This document shows positions 42,261 through 52,874 of a stretch of 64,000 nucleotides of DNA, piece by piece. Numbering within the stretch: position 1 is the first letter of the stretch; each line of letters starts with the position of its first letter. Source of the stretch: a virus (lineage: Duplodnaviria; Caudoviricetes). The translations under genes were made by a program, and so were the position numbers. The stretch lies in the IMG/VR virus record IMGVR_UViG_3300014205_000214, positions 1 through 64,000 of that record, one strand, 5' to 3'. Below the pieces are notes generated by a model. The model worked only from the letters and a program-made list of their open reading frames with translations. It was not told the DNA's origin and made no database searches.

Positions 42261-42288
42261 ATTATACTCTAAGAATTTAATTTATCAA
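42261..42288 (-). promoter_or_regulatory. sigma70-type promoter
   Basis: TTGATA-N16-TATAAT. Confidence 0.7.
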
Positions 42289-42969
42289 GCATTTTATTAT
42301 GTTTATATATAAGCTTATAAATAGCTTTTAAACATTCTTTCCTATTAAAAGAAGGAATTACTTCGTTATCAATCAATTTTTGATTTAAAATACTAGATTT
42401 ATTATTACTGCCAGCACGATCACCATATTCTTCAAACATTTCTTCAGCAATCTTCTGAATTATATCCGCGTTTTTAAGTTTTTCTCTTTCTAGTATTTCT
42501 TCTTTACTAATACTAGTAATCTCTACTTGAAAATCATATCTAGATTGCATATTAGCAATAGCTAATTCTTTAGTAAGAACAGTAATAATAACACTATCTT
42601 CCAAAATGAAAACGCATCCAATATCTTCATTAAGCAACATTAACGATTTACCCTTTTGAATACCAAAGGGAATCGCTTTTTTATAAATATCTTCTACATC
42701 TTCTGGTAATAACTTAAATCTATTCCATAATTGATCTTTAGCGTGGTCAGTAAAAATCATTTAACAAGATCCAAATCTAAGAGAATAAAAACAATCATCA
42801 TCTTCGTAATATGGCTTAAAACTTAATTCTTCTAATCTTTTAATATCTTCTTTACTTACTAGGCTAGGACTAATAAATATATGTAAAATATCATGCTCGC
42901 AATAAATTGGGGAAAAGTCATTCTTATATTTTACGAATATTTGCAAAGCTTCAATAAGATCAGACATTT

Positions 42970-43359
42970 TTATACATCGCCCATTTCCTCTAAAACCATC
43001 TTAGCAAACTTAACCATAACGTCTTTTGAGAAAGTTTGGCAACCTACTACAACTTCTGTTTTTGAAATTTTCGCTACATAATTACTACTAAGAACACATT
43101 CTTTATAACGATTTGGAAGTTCTCCAGTTTGATACCATTTAATAAAATCTTCTAAAGAAATAACGGTCTTTTCCATACTTTTGGAAATAGAATCTCCATA
43201 ATAAATAAAACTATCACCATTTTCACTTACTGATATGAATTTGTAACGAGTATATTTAAACTCTTTTCTACCAGCCCAACTATAATCCTTTTCAAACAAT
43301 ATTGCTTGAACAAGTTTGCTCGTATCTTCATTAACTTCAATTGTAAATAAATAACTCAT
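42970..43359 (-). CDS. hypothetical protein with shared C-terminal VGCQxF module
   Basis: VLSSNYVAKISKTEVVVGCQTF. Confidence 0.65.
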   Translation of the reverse strand: MSYLFTIEVNEDTSKLVQAILFEKDYSWAGRKEFKYTRYKFISVSENGDSFIYYGDSISKSMEKTVISLEDFIKWYQTGELPNRYKECVLSSNYVAKISKTEVVVGCQTFSKDVMVKFAKMVLEEMGDV

Positions 43360-43508
43360 AATTGTCTTTCAAAGGTTAAAATTTCTTCGGCAAGCATATC
43401 AAGATGATTTTCAATAGCATTTACTAAGCCATAATCGGCATAATCCATAGCATTATCAAAATCACTTGTAGCTTGATCCCATAAGTCTAATAGTTTAGTT
43501 ATTGTCAT
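43356..43508 (-). CDS. small acidic protein (50 aa), not in ORF track
   Basis: MTITKLLDLWDQATSDFDNAMDYADYGLVNAIENHLDMLAEEILTFERQL; ATGA overlap with next gene. Confidence 0.6.
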   Translation of the reverse strand: MTITKLLDLWDQATSDFDNAMDYADYGLVNAIENHLDMLAEEILTFERQL

Positions 43509-43690
43509 ATTAATCCCGCTCTCTTTAAAATAATTTTGTGGGTGGTTTTCTGGAAAGAATTGTGCTTTCGTGGTATAATAACAGTATTATTGCCATCGCT
43601 CCATTTTTCGTGTTTCTGTGCAGAGACTAAAACATATCCCGCTTTAGATAGAATACTAATAACATCTTTTCTTGATTTGATCATTCTTTT

Positions 43691-43718
43691 ATTATACCAC
43701 TTAAATAGTATTTGTCAA
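43691..43718 (-). promoter_or_regulatory. sigma70-type promoter
   Basis: TTGACA-N16-TATAAT. Confidence 0.8.
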
Positions 43719-43862
43719 TTAAATTCTATTGTATATAGTATATAGGCAAATCTTAAAAAGACTGCTAATATAGTTAAATAGAATATTGAGATAAAAGTAC
43801 CTATTAATACTATGAAGAATTTTTCAATCATGGTTATTTTAACTTTAAGGTGTATTAATCAA

Positions 43863-44042
43863 TTATAAATCGTCTAAATCATCGCCTAAATCATTAAAAG
43901 AATCATAAACAGATTCCATAAGATCGTTAACAATTTCAGTTTGAGCATAAATATTTTCAGCCCAATCATTATCATCTGTATAAGTATTCCTACCATTGAT
44001 AATATCACGAAGTTGCTCAAATTGAAGATATAGTTCTTCCAC
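43863..44042 (-). CDS. small highly acidic protein (59 aa), not in ORF track
   Basis: GTG start; 17 D/E versus 2 R, no K. Confidence 0.6.
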   Translation of the reverse strand: MEELYLQFEQLRDIINGRNTYTDDNDWAENIYAQTEIVNDLMESVYDSFNDLGDDLDDL

Positions 44043-44905
44043 AATAATTAATTCCTATTAGTAGTCCTGGCCCAGCAAAGACAAATAGTAACATCTTCCA
44101 ATTCAACAAACCCATTATCTAATTCTTCAGAGTTTGTTTCTCGACCATAGTTTTTATTTTCTTGAACAAATAATTGCTCAGCATCTTCTTGGTTTTTACA
44201 TATAGTAACAGATTCTGTAACACCATTTTTGATTATTACAACAGTTGGAGTCATTATTCTCTTTCTATTAAACGAAGTTCTTGATTAAGTTTTTGAATCT
44301 TATCCTCAATTTGCTCATATTCTACAACGAAATAGCAATCTAGAATTCTTTTCTATAGAACTTCTATCTCAATTATGATCTGCTGGCGTCGATCCTTTTT
44401 CTTTTGCTTAGACATTAGATTGTCTAATCGCTTCAATAAAAGCATGAAGAATACCACCAAAGACAATTCCAAGAAGAAGAATTGGAAGAGACTTAATTTC
44501 TAGTCCCCATCCATAAATCATCATCATTAGTCCATTTAGGAAACCTAAAACAATAATAAACAGGATTGCAAGAAACTTTACAAACATTTTACTTTTCCTT
44601 ATTATCGAAACCGTCAAAAATTACTATATAAGCCATTATTGCAAAAACTAGAAGAAGAAAATTCATTCGTTTTGTTCCACGATTTGAACTGAATATTCTT
44701 TTACAGAACCATCACAAGAAATATCTCCTTCAAATTCAATTCCGTTTTGCTCACAAATCATTTTAGCCACGTTTTGAGCAAGATCATAAGCCAAAACTCC
44801 TGGACTATCCATAAAAGGAATAACTTGCTGAACAACACCTTCTTCTGTTTCAATAACAAATACCATTAGACTTAAGCCTTTTAAAGAGGTTGGTTAACTA
44901 CTTTA

Positions 44906-44933
44906 ATTATACAAGAGACTTAAAGTTTGTCAA
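44906..44933 (-). promoter_or_regulatory. sigma70-type promoter
   Basis: TTGACA-N16-TATAAT. Confidence 0.8.
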
Positions 44934-45807
44934 ATTATTCATTAGTTAGCTTTTCGTAAAGCTCTTTTCCAAGATTATAAAACTCTTGATTTTCACCGGG
45001 ATTACAAATACTATCAAAGCCACGATAAAGACTTTCCATATCTGAATTACTATACCTAGCTTTTATCATATTATAAATATCTTCATCATTCTTCAATGAG
45101 GAAAAATCAAAATCTGGATCATAATACTTAATAAGTGCTGGTAAAATACAACATCTACCATTAAGTACATTGTCTAAATTAGCTCCAGATGTTTGGTGAG
45201 GAGTCCAATTATTATCCTTAAAAACCTTAACTAGTTCATCAACAGTTGGAATATTCATCTTCTTCTAACTCCTCTTCATTTAAATAAAGATATTCTTCAA
45301 AAGAAACACTAGTACCAAACCTACCATTATAAGCTTCTTCTACTTCTTGAACAAACTCATAATCTAATTCGTAGCCTTCTTTAAGGAAGATTTCGAAAGC
45401 ATCTTTTAATCGTTGTAATTCAATATGTTCATCTACATAAACAGTACAGCCACTTTCATCATTTTGAGCATGTTCCATATCATGAATGGCCCAAAACGGA
45501 TTAGCATATTCAACATCTACTTCTACTTTTTCTCCGCTATCTAACAGCCAACTTAAATAAGCTATTAATAGGTCCGCACTACTAGTAGTATAACAGCCCA
45601 TTTCCTTATTTAAATAGATTTCGCCGTATTGATGTTCAAAAATATGTTCCAAATCATGACTTTTAAATTGTGTGTTTTTACTACTTCCACAATTATCCTT
45701 AAGAAACTCTTTATGCTTAAAAGGAATATAAAACTGACAGCTTCCGGTAAAGTCGCCATCAGTAATATCAATATTCAGAGTAACATTTTTGACTGTATAT
45801 TGCATAA

Positions 45808-46533
45808 TTACTCCTTTTCCTTTTCTTTCAATCCAGAATTAAGAATCGTATCAACAGCCTTAAAAACAGCTTTAATCTCTGTTTCTGTAGGTTTATTCTT
45901 TCCAAGCCAATTTTGAATATAACTTCTAGACTCAGAAGCATCAAAACAAGTTAGCTCTAACTCATTCATTAGAATATATGCTACAGATTCAGCTTGAAAC
46001 TCTTTAATTTCCCTTTTATCATCTGAACCAATATGGCCCATAACAATATGAGCCAATTCATGGAACATTACTTTTGTAGGATACTTTGCTACAGGATTAA
46101 TAGCATATCCTTCACTAGTAGCATAACCTTGAGCATTTCCATCAATATGCTCGAAGTTAATCTCTTTAATGTTTAACTTAGATAAAGCCTTAACCTTATC
46201 CCAAGTTTCAATTTCAAAATAAATTTCTTCACCTTCTGTTTGAGACAGTGAAAAAATACAATTAACTGGCTTAAAACCACCTAATATAGTTTTAGTAGGA
46301 TCTTTCTTATCCTTATAAAAGATTGGTCTAACAACATAATTAGACCTTTCACCTTTTCTAACCTGTCGGCCTAATTCTTGCCATTTTTTATACGTTGCAA
46401 CTGGTTCTTTAATTCCCTGAAGCATAAAATGCATACGATTAATTAACGAATAGTTATAAAAACGATTATAAGTATTACTTGTTGAACCAGGAGTGTTAAT
46501 TGCTTGAGACAGTAACTCAGTCCAATTTAACAT
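45808..46533 (-). CDS. ardC: ArdC-like antirestriction protein (ssDNA-binding domain + zincin)
   Basis: YNYSLIN, VATYKKWQELGRQVRKGE, VMFHELAHIVMGH, EFQAESVAY. Confidence 0.75.
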   Translation of the reverse strand: MLNWTELLSQAINTPGSTSNTYNRFYNYSLINRMHFMLQGIKEPVATYKKWQELGRQVRKGERSNYVVRPIFYKDKKDPTKTILGGFKPVNCIFSLSQTEGEEIYFEIETWDKVKALSKLNIKEINFEHIDGNAQGYATSEGYAINPVAKYPTKVMFHELAHIVMGHIGSDDKREIKEFQAESVAYILMNELELTCFDASESRSYIQNWLGKNKPTETEIKAVFKAVDTILNSGLKEKEKE

Positions 46534-46570
46534 TTTTCAAACCTAAAAGAGTGATTGGTGATATAGCTCT

Positions 46571-46598
46571 ATTATACTCAGTGGTATTCTTTTGTCAA
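46571..46598 (-). promoter_or_regulatory. sigma70-type promoter
   Basis: TTGACA-N16-TATAAT. Confidence 0.8.
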
Positions 46599-46937
46599 GT
46601 GAATTATTTGATAACCATGTTTATTACCATGCCGGGCGACTCGTTTTTGTTTAGCTTTTACCATGCCATTTCATTACAAACAATTTCACGAATCTTATTA
46701 GGACTAAGTTCTTTCAAAGCGTCACTCAATTCATCTTCGGAAAGATTATATAAATCAATATGTTTGAGTAATCCTTTTAATCCAGCTTCAGCATCTTTTT
46801 CTCTAGCAAATTGAACAGGAATAACTCCTCGTTTAGTTTCACATTCAATTAAAATTCTATAAGATGCTTTATTATCATCATTAAAACCTGAAATAGAATC
46901 TGAATCTCTATAAGATGTTCCAAATCTAATTGAGACT

Positions 46938-47345
46938 TTATTCATCAAAATCTCCTAAAGGTAGAAAAGGACTATTATCACCACCCTCAATTACTGATTC
47001 AAGATATTCCCCAATTTCTTTATGAGTCATATTTGTTTCATCATTCATTTCTGTTAGTTCAGTATAAACATTGTCCCCATCAAAATAACCTTGGGGGATA
47101 TTTCCCATATCGTCTCTTAAGCCTAATAATTCAATTAGTTTAGGAGGAGCACAGTAAATACTACCTTCATAAATAACTTGATTATCTACTTCTTTCTGTA
47201 GGTTAAAGACATAACAACCATGTCCTAAACAGCATCTTTCGCTTTGATTTTTAAAACTTTCTAACATACCTTTAATTTTTGGCGGATTAGTCTTTAGAAA
47301 AGTAATCCACTTTTTGCGATTTTCGAGAATTTCTTTACGATTCAT
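46938..47345 (-). CDS. hypothetical protein (CCLG family)
   Basis: KWITFL...KGML...RCCLG. Confidence 0.55.
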   Translation of the reverse strand: MNRKEILENRKKWITFLKTNPPKIKGMLESFKNQSERCCLGHGCYVFNLQKEVDNQVIYEGSIYCAPPKLIELLGLRDDMGNIPQGYFDGDNVYTELTEMNDETNMTHKEIGEYLESVIEGGDNSPFLPLGDFDE

Positions 47346-47585
47346 AATTAATATCCTATCATTGGTCTATTTTTACATTTTGGACACGAATAAGATTCAA
47401 AATCCTTCCATTTATATCTACATATAGAACATTTCTGTTCCTTAAACAAATCCAGGATTTTATTCCATTAGCTTTTTAAGCTCTTTGTTAACAGCTTCAA
47501 TAAATTCCTGATCAGAATTGAATTTTCCACGAACTTCTAGTAGTTTCATAGTTTTATCCTAGATAGAGTTGTTTTAACTTCTGTA

Positions 47586-47613
47586 ATTATACTCACGAAA
47601 TAAGATTTGTCAA
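47586..47613 (-). promoter_or_regulatory. sigma70-type promoter
   Basis: TTGACA-N16-TATAAT. Confidence 0.8.
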
Positions 47614-48103
47614 GCTAATCGCTTAAAACAATTCAAAATTATCAATAAAATCATGAATCTCATTCCAATCTGCTGGAATTTGTTTCCAATTATTAATACC
47701 ATCTTCAACAATAATTCCTGGAGTATCTAGTTCATATCGAGCCCGAGTAGGAATTGAAATTTTAATAAAATTCACCATTTTTTGGAGTCTATTAATTTTC
47801 TTTTTTTCTTTTAATTCTTCAATTGCTTCTTGAATAGCTGGAATAATTTGTCCAGTAAAACTAGAAACACACCAAGTAGAACTATTCATAGCTTTTTCAG
47901 TAACTTCTTTACCAAATTCTTTGATTAAGAGGTTTTTCAACGCTTGATAAGCACAACCATAAACTTGATCTAGTGATTGTCCACAACTATATCCAACCTT
48001 ATTGGAGATATAAAGAGTGTTAACAAGGTATTCGGCAATAGCTTGAACAGAAGCGGAAGAAAACATATTATATTCCTATATTGAAACTGGTTGAACTTCT
48101 AAC

Positions 48104-48131
48104 ATTATACGCTAAGAATATGTTTTGTCAA
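48104..48131 (-). promoter_or_regulatory. sigma70-type promoter
   Basis: TTGACA-N16-TATAAT. Confidence 0.8.
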
Positions 48132-48476
48132 GAGATTTTAATATCTTTATATAATTCTTCTTTTTGTTCATTAGATAGTTCTTCAAAATTCATTTTATTC
48201 ACCATTCTCCCTTATTAGCTTTATTTTGCTTTTCTCTAATTTCCCTAATCTTTTCCGCAACAACTTCTTGGCCCTTTTTCCACATTAAACCATCACGACA
48301 AAGTTCTTTAAACATCCAATAAGGAGTTTGCTCTTTTCCATTCTTAGAGAAAAAACCAATTTCATAGTTTCCAGATTCAGCAATATAAACACAAATATCT
48401 TCAATTACATATTCTTCAATAGTATTGTGAACAGTTAGTAAACAAAGAGTATCACCAATAGAAATTACTTTATTCA

Positions 48477-48932
48477 TTATAGAACTTTCTTAATAAATTC
48501 TTCTAATACTTCTCGACCAGATTTTCCACATTGACCATTTAATTGATTTTGACGTAGAGTCATTCCAAGATTCATTACTTCTAGAAGCAATTCCTTAACT
48601 TCATCCTTAGAATAAACCTTTTCAGGAATATTATCCAGGATATTATCTTGTCCAGAAGAAACCATTTGAAGGTTTTTAATTCTTTCTTTCCATTCTTGAT
48701 TGATTTGTTCTGTGAAGGGATATTTTTCACAGCTTGTAAAACAGTAGCTAATTCTTTGGTCATAATCAATATTTAAATTAGTTACAGCTTCAGAATATGA
48801 ACCATATACTTGACCAAGAACACAACAGGTATCACTATTTATACTAAATTTTTCCAGATTAATCTTGTTATACCAACCAGGATTAACCTTATTAAGGAAT
48901 TCGACACCATTAGAGATTTCTTTTTCAAACAT
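48477..48932 (-). CDS. hypothetical protein, CxLGQ paralog family
   Basis: NGVEFLNKVNPGWYNKINL...CCVLGQVYG. Confidence 0.7.
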   Translation of the reverse strand: MFEKEISNGVEFLNKVNPGWYNKINLEKFSINSDTCCVLGQVYGSYSEAVTNLNIDYDQRISYCFTSCEKYPFTEQINQEWKERIKNLQMVSSGQDNILDNIPEKVYSKDEVKELLLEVMNLGMTLRQNQLNGQCGKSGREVLEEFIKKVL

Positions 48933-49019
48933 AATAAGCTATTTTCATCTTTCTTTCCCTTTTTGTTTTCTTTAAAGGGTTTTAAGGGTCTTGAAGGAAC
49001 TTTGAACAGGAAATATTAC

Positions 49020-49048
49020 ATTATACGCCAACAACAATCAAATGTCAA
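49020..49048 (-). promoter_or_regulatory. sigma70-type promoter
   Basis: TTGACA-N17-TATAAT. Confidence 0.75.
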
Positions 49049-49126
49049 ATAATTTTCTGAATTTTCTTTTAACTATCGAGAATCACGTAAAACACTCCTT
49101 AAAACAGACCTAACTATCCTTAATTG

Positions 49127-49154
49127 AGTATAATTCGGTTTTCAATAATGTCAA
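49127..49154 (-). promoter_or_regulatory. sigma70-type promoter
   Basis: TTGACA-N16-TATACT. Confidence 0.65.
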
Positions 49155-49345
49155 TTACCTATTTTCTAATATAAATCCTGATAAATAAAGGTAATAAGAT
49201 AAAAATAGTTAGGATAGTTAAAACATCAATAAACAGATAAAGCAGGTAACTCTGCGGCGAACGCTTTTTGTTTAGCATTAACAATCCATTTTTAAGAGTA
49301 TTCAAAAGCAATCAGCTTTCAATTTCGTTTTTAAGGCCCTAGACT

Positions 49346-49415
49346 TCAATCCTAACGAGACTTTTTAATAGATAGGTGGTTTGAGTCGATCTAAAAGAAA
49401 ACTCGTTAGAATTGA
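49346..49415 (-). other. long irregular intergenic hairpin
   Basis: CTAACGAG/CTCGTTAG core extended to 14 bp with a G-U pair on the minus strand, plus inner stems. Confidence 0.55.
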
Positions 49416-49433
49416 TTTACTGAGATTTTAAGA

Positions 49434-49808
49434 CTAGTCAATTCTTCCAGCACAGATTGGGCCTATTCCACTAGAAATTGATTCAGGAGTGCTTAACGCT
49501 CTGTCACATACTCTACATTTTGTACTAAATTGGGAAACTAATCCTAACTCCTCAATCTTCAAAAGACAGTTAGCAGTTTTTTCGTACAAAGTTCCCTTGT
49601 GGCGATTCCAAATATTAATTCCGGATTCATCAACAAAACCAATTCCAAGATAATCTTCTTGGTTATTTGGCCCGATCAACATTGAAAGAATTCTTTTTCC
49701 AGCAAGCTTACCGGATTTGACTGTTTTGATTTGAAAAGTTCTATGATTTCCTGTTGCTGGATTACTAATTGTCAAAATACCATTGTGAGTCAAAATAGAA
49801 GTAGTCAT
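49434..49808 (-). CDS. DUF6011-like zinc-ribbon phage protein
   Basis: C-terminal CRVCDRALSTPESISSGIGPIC. Confidence 0.7.
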   Translation of the reverse strand: MTTSILTHNGILTISNPATGNHRTFQIKTVKSGKLAGKRILSMLIGPNNQEDYLGIGFVDESGINIWNRHKGTLYEKTANCLLKIEELGLVSQFSTKCRVCDRALSTPESISSGIGPICAGRID

Positions 49809-49830
49809 TAAAAACCCTTGATTTTATTGG

Positions 49831-50388
49831 TTAATATTGATAGGCAAACTGTATATATTCGCAGTTCGCGGCCTTATCAAAATCTATACAAACAATTTTT
49901 CCGTCTTTAATTCCAATGTTTCCGATATGATTATCAGTAAAACTATAGTCACATTTACTTTCAAGATCACTTACTAAGTCAGCAACATCTTCACAAATAG
50001 ATCTATACAAAAATTCAATAAGATTATTATCATAAGAATTTAGATTCTCAATAACATAAACAATTTCGGTAAAATATCCATAGTATTTCTTCCCGAGATA
50101 TTCAACTCCATCAATTTTTCCAAAAACTTCAGGGCCTAATCCAAATTTTGCTGCTTTTTCTTGGTTTTTATAGTTAGAGTCTCTTTGTTTTTCATTAGAA
50201 GAAAGCTTAATACCGATCTTATCATTCAATTTGAAGAATAGATTAAATGATCCATTCTTGCGGGGTGAACTTGAAATAATGTTTTGAACAGCTTCAACAT
50301 CAAATTTCATCAAATTATCCCGATATAAGTTAGTATAAAAAACAATCAATTTTTGTTGTAATAATAAGTCTTTATCAAGATTTGACAA
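49831..50388 (-). CDS. minimal protein-kinase-like fold protein
   Basis: IGIKL, GLGPEVFG, DNHIGNIGIKDGKIVCIDFD; paralog of 23706..24119. Confidence 0.6.
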   Translation of the reverse strand: MSNLDKDLLLQQKLIVFYTNLYRDNLMKFDVEAVQNIISSSPRKNGSFNLFFKLNDKIGIKLSSNEKQRDSNYKNQEKAAKFGLGPEVFGKIDGVEYLGKKYYGYFTEIVYVIENLNSYDNNLIEFLYRSICEDVADLVSDLESKCDYSFTDNHIGNIGIKDGKIVCIDFDKAANCEYIQFAYQY

Positions 50389-50803
50389 AATTGTATCAGA
50401 TTATTACCTACGACTTTTCAACCGTATGCTTATCTTGTGGTGCTTAATTTGTATTGATTGTTTTTAAGCGTGACAAAGTTCTTCAAGAATACCATTGAAA
50501 TAGATAGCTAACAAACCTTCTTTATCAAATTTCTTTTCAATTTTGTTAAGCATTGCTTTAGAAATTCCTTTATTACTATGACAAGTAATCAATCCTAAAT
50601 CTTCAGAATAATATCCGCGAACAGGATTTTGATAAGCATCATCACCCCAAATATCTGAATGATAATGTTCGTGGTTATAAGATTCTGCTATTTTAATTTT
50701 TCCGGCAATTTCAATCCAAATATGAGACATTTTTACAATGTTTTGATTGGTTTTCTCTAACATTTTAAATTATCCTGATTTAGAGGCTTGATTGAACTCT
50801 TTC

Positions 50804-50831
50804 ATTATACTGTAAAAGAGAAGTTTGTCAA
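50804..50831 (-). promoter_or_regulatory. sigma70-type promoter
   Basis: TTGACA-N16-TATAAT. Confidence 0.8.
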
Positions 50832-51475
50832 GCGTTTTAAAGAGTGATTTTTTAGAGGAAATACTTAGAATATTCAATAAATAGTAAAGCAAATCAAGTA
50901 AAGATTAAAAAGCTATTAGACAAAAACACCAAAGCAATAAAGCAAAACATAAAAAGGTTTAAAGATAAGGAAAATATTGGGAATATATGAGTGAGACAAA
51001 CAAAATACATATCTTTTCTCATCAAAATTCGTTCAAAACATCCAAAGATATCTCATATTACTTAACTAGATAACCTCAAAAACACCCTTTCAAACATAAA
51101 AATGAGAAAGACATGCAATAGACAACCTAACAGAAAACTTAAAATAATTTTACAATATTTCTTCGTGTGCAACACTCTAAGTCTTTATTTTTCAAGCACT
51201 TACAGCAATTTTCCAAAAACTCTTAAATCGCCTTACGGCTCCAATTCCCCCTTTAAGCATTTTTCCAAGCTACTTCTATTGAACTTAGCAAACCCTTATT
51301 TTAAAAGGACTTTTTTAATTTTTTCTAAAAGTGGTATCCTGTAGACGGGGGGTAGACCAAAACTACAAAAACACTCTAGTGGGGAAATTTACAACATTAA
51401 CAAAAGTATTATTTGTCACGCTACAAACATACTTTTCAACACATATTTTATCTAGAGATTCTTTAGAAATTAAAC

Positions 51476-51504
51476 TTGACAAAAGCTACAACGTCTGGTA
51501 AAAT
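51476..51504 (+). promoter_or_regulatory. antisense sigma70-type promoter with extended -10, no downstream ORF
   Basis: TTGACA-N17-TAAAAT with TGG before -10; paralog of 52875..52903. Confidence 0.6.
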
Positions 51505-51562
51505 CACCTTTTGATTTAGCTTTTACAACAAAATTTATAGTTAGAGATAGATAGCGATAAAT

Positions 51563-51590
51563 AGCCCGAACAAATTTCTTTGAACGGGCT
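51563..51590 (-). terminator. hairpin, probable terminator after ORF 51610..51966
   Basis: AGCCCG-TT-CAAA-GAAA-TTTG-TT-CGGGCT on minus strand. Confidence 0.55.
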
Positions 51591-52002
51591 TCAAAATTAC
51601 TTCCGTAGATTAGCTTAGACAGTGGCTTCCAAGTTCACCCTTCAAAACATCTTCGTGCATTCCGTGCATAATTTCAATCATATCATCCTCAGTAATATAT
51701 GATCGAGTAGAAGCATAAGAAAGACGTTCAGCCCTTATTAAGCTAATCCCAAAACCATATTCAATCTTCTCTACTGTTTTACGAGCACAGATATCCTTCA
51801 GGTTAAATCCTGAGAAATCCTTTGAAGATATCTGAAAATGCCACAATAATCGAGCCATTTGAACTGTATCAACCAAACCGTCTTCCCAGGCGTTAAACAG
51901 AAGATTCTTATGATTATCGTCATTAACTAGACTAACAGCAGTTTTCACAAAATCAAAAACACTCATGAAAATTCTCCAGGAAAGTGGTTGGGAACTTCTT
52001 AC

Positions 52003-52030
52003 ATTATACGCCGGGAATATCTTTTGTCAA
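52003..52030 (-). promoter_or_regulatory. sigma70-type promoter
   Basis: TTGACA-N16-TATAAT. Confidence 0.8.
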
Positions 52031-52561
52031 GCTCTTTTTCTACTTCGTTCATTTTGTGATCCCTTAAGAAAGTTTACAAACCTTCTTCTTTTGTGCTCTT
52101 TTGGACAATTTCAGAATCTGTTCAGCACTAATACGATCTTCATTAGTGAAAGTTATTTCCTCCCAATTAGCTGCCATTGACCTATATCGAGCAATTCGCT
52201 CTTTCTTTTCTTCACACAGTTTCCGCCAAAGATCTTTTCTAGCCTGTTCTTTAGCAGCTAATTTCTGAGCTTGAAAGTTATTTGGAGTAACTGGAGTAGT
52301 ACAAATATCAGGAACACGAACCCAATACTTTACAGTTTTTTTAGCACCTTTCCAAACAACTACTTCTTCACGTTCTTTTTTACCTACCAAATCGGGGTCA
52401 AAGTCATAATGATAAACAATCTTGATTCTTGGAGTTTTTCGTGGACGAAACTTCTTTTTTCCATTTTCATCAACTCCAGCATAGAAAGATAAACTGTAAG
52501 TCTCAATTACAACTTGCTTTGCCATTCTTATTTCCTTAAAAGTGTCTCAGAACCTACTCCC

Positions 52562-52589
52562 AGTATACACTAGGAATAGGGAATGTCAA
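52562..52589 (-). promoter_or_regulatory. sigma70-type promoter
   Basis: TTGACA-N16-TATACT. Confidence 0.7.
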
Positions 52590-52768
52590 ATCAATTCTCT
52601 GTGGAATTAAGAAGTTATTTTACCAGTTGGCAAGATACCACGACGAATAGCTTTAATAAGATACTCCTTACTTTCGTGATGAGTAAAGATTTTGTTTTTC
52701 TTACCAACTTTAACAATCAGAAAGTACATTTTGTTTCTTTCAAAGAGATTAACTTCTGAACTGCCTCT

Positions 52769-52796
52769 ATTGTACACCACGTTTAAGGAAAGTCAA
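52769..52796 (-). promoter_or_regulatory. sigma70-type promoter
   Basis: TTGACT-N16-TACAAT. Confidence 0.6.
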
Positions 52797-52874
52797 ATAC
52801 ATTATTTGTGGAATATAGAAGTTCATTTAGAAGCTTGAATAGGTGCTTATTTAGACTTTCTTTAGAGATTTAAC

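Noticed and set aside
51102-51344. Plus-strand 80-aa ORF in the 50.8-51.5 kb gap
   Set aside because: No recognisable SD, motif or homology cue; the region looks mostly non-coding
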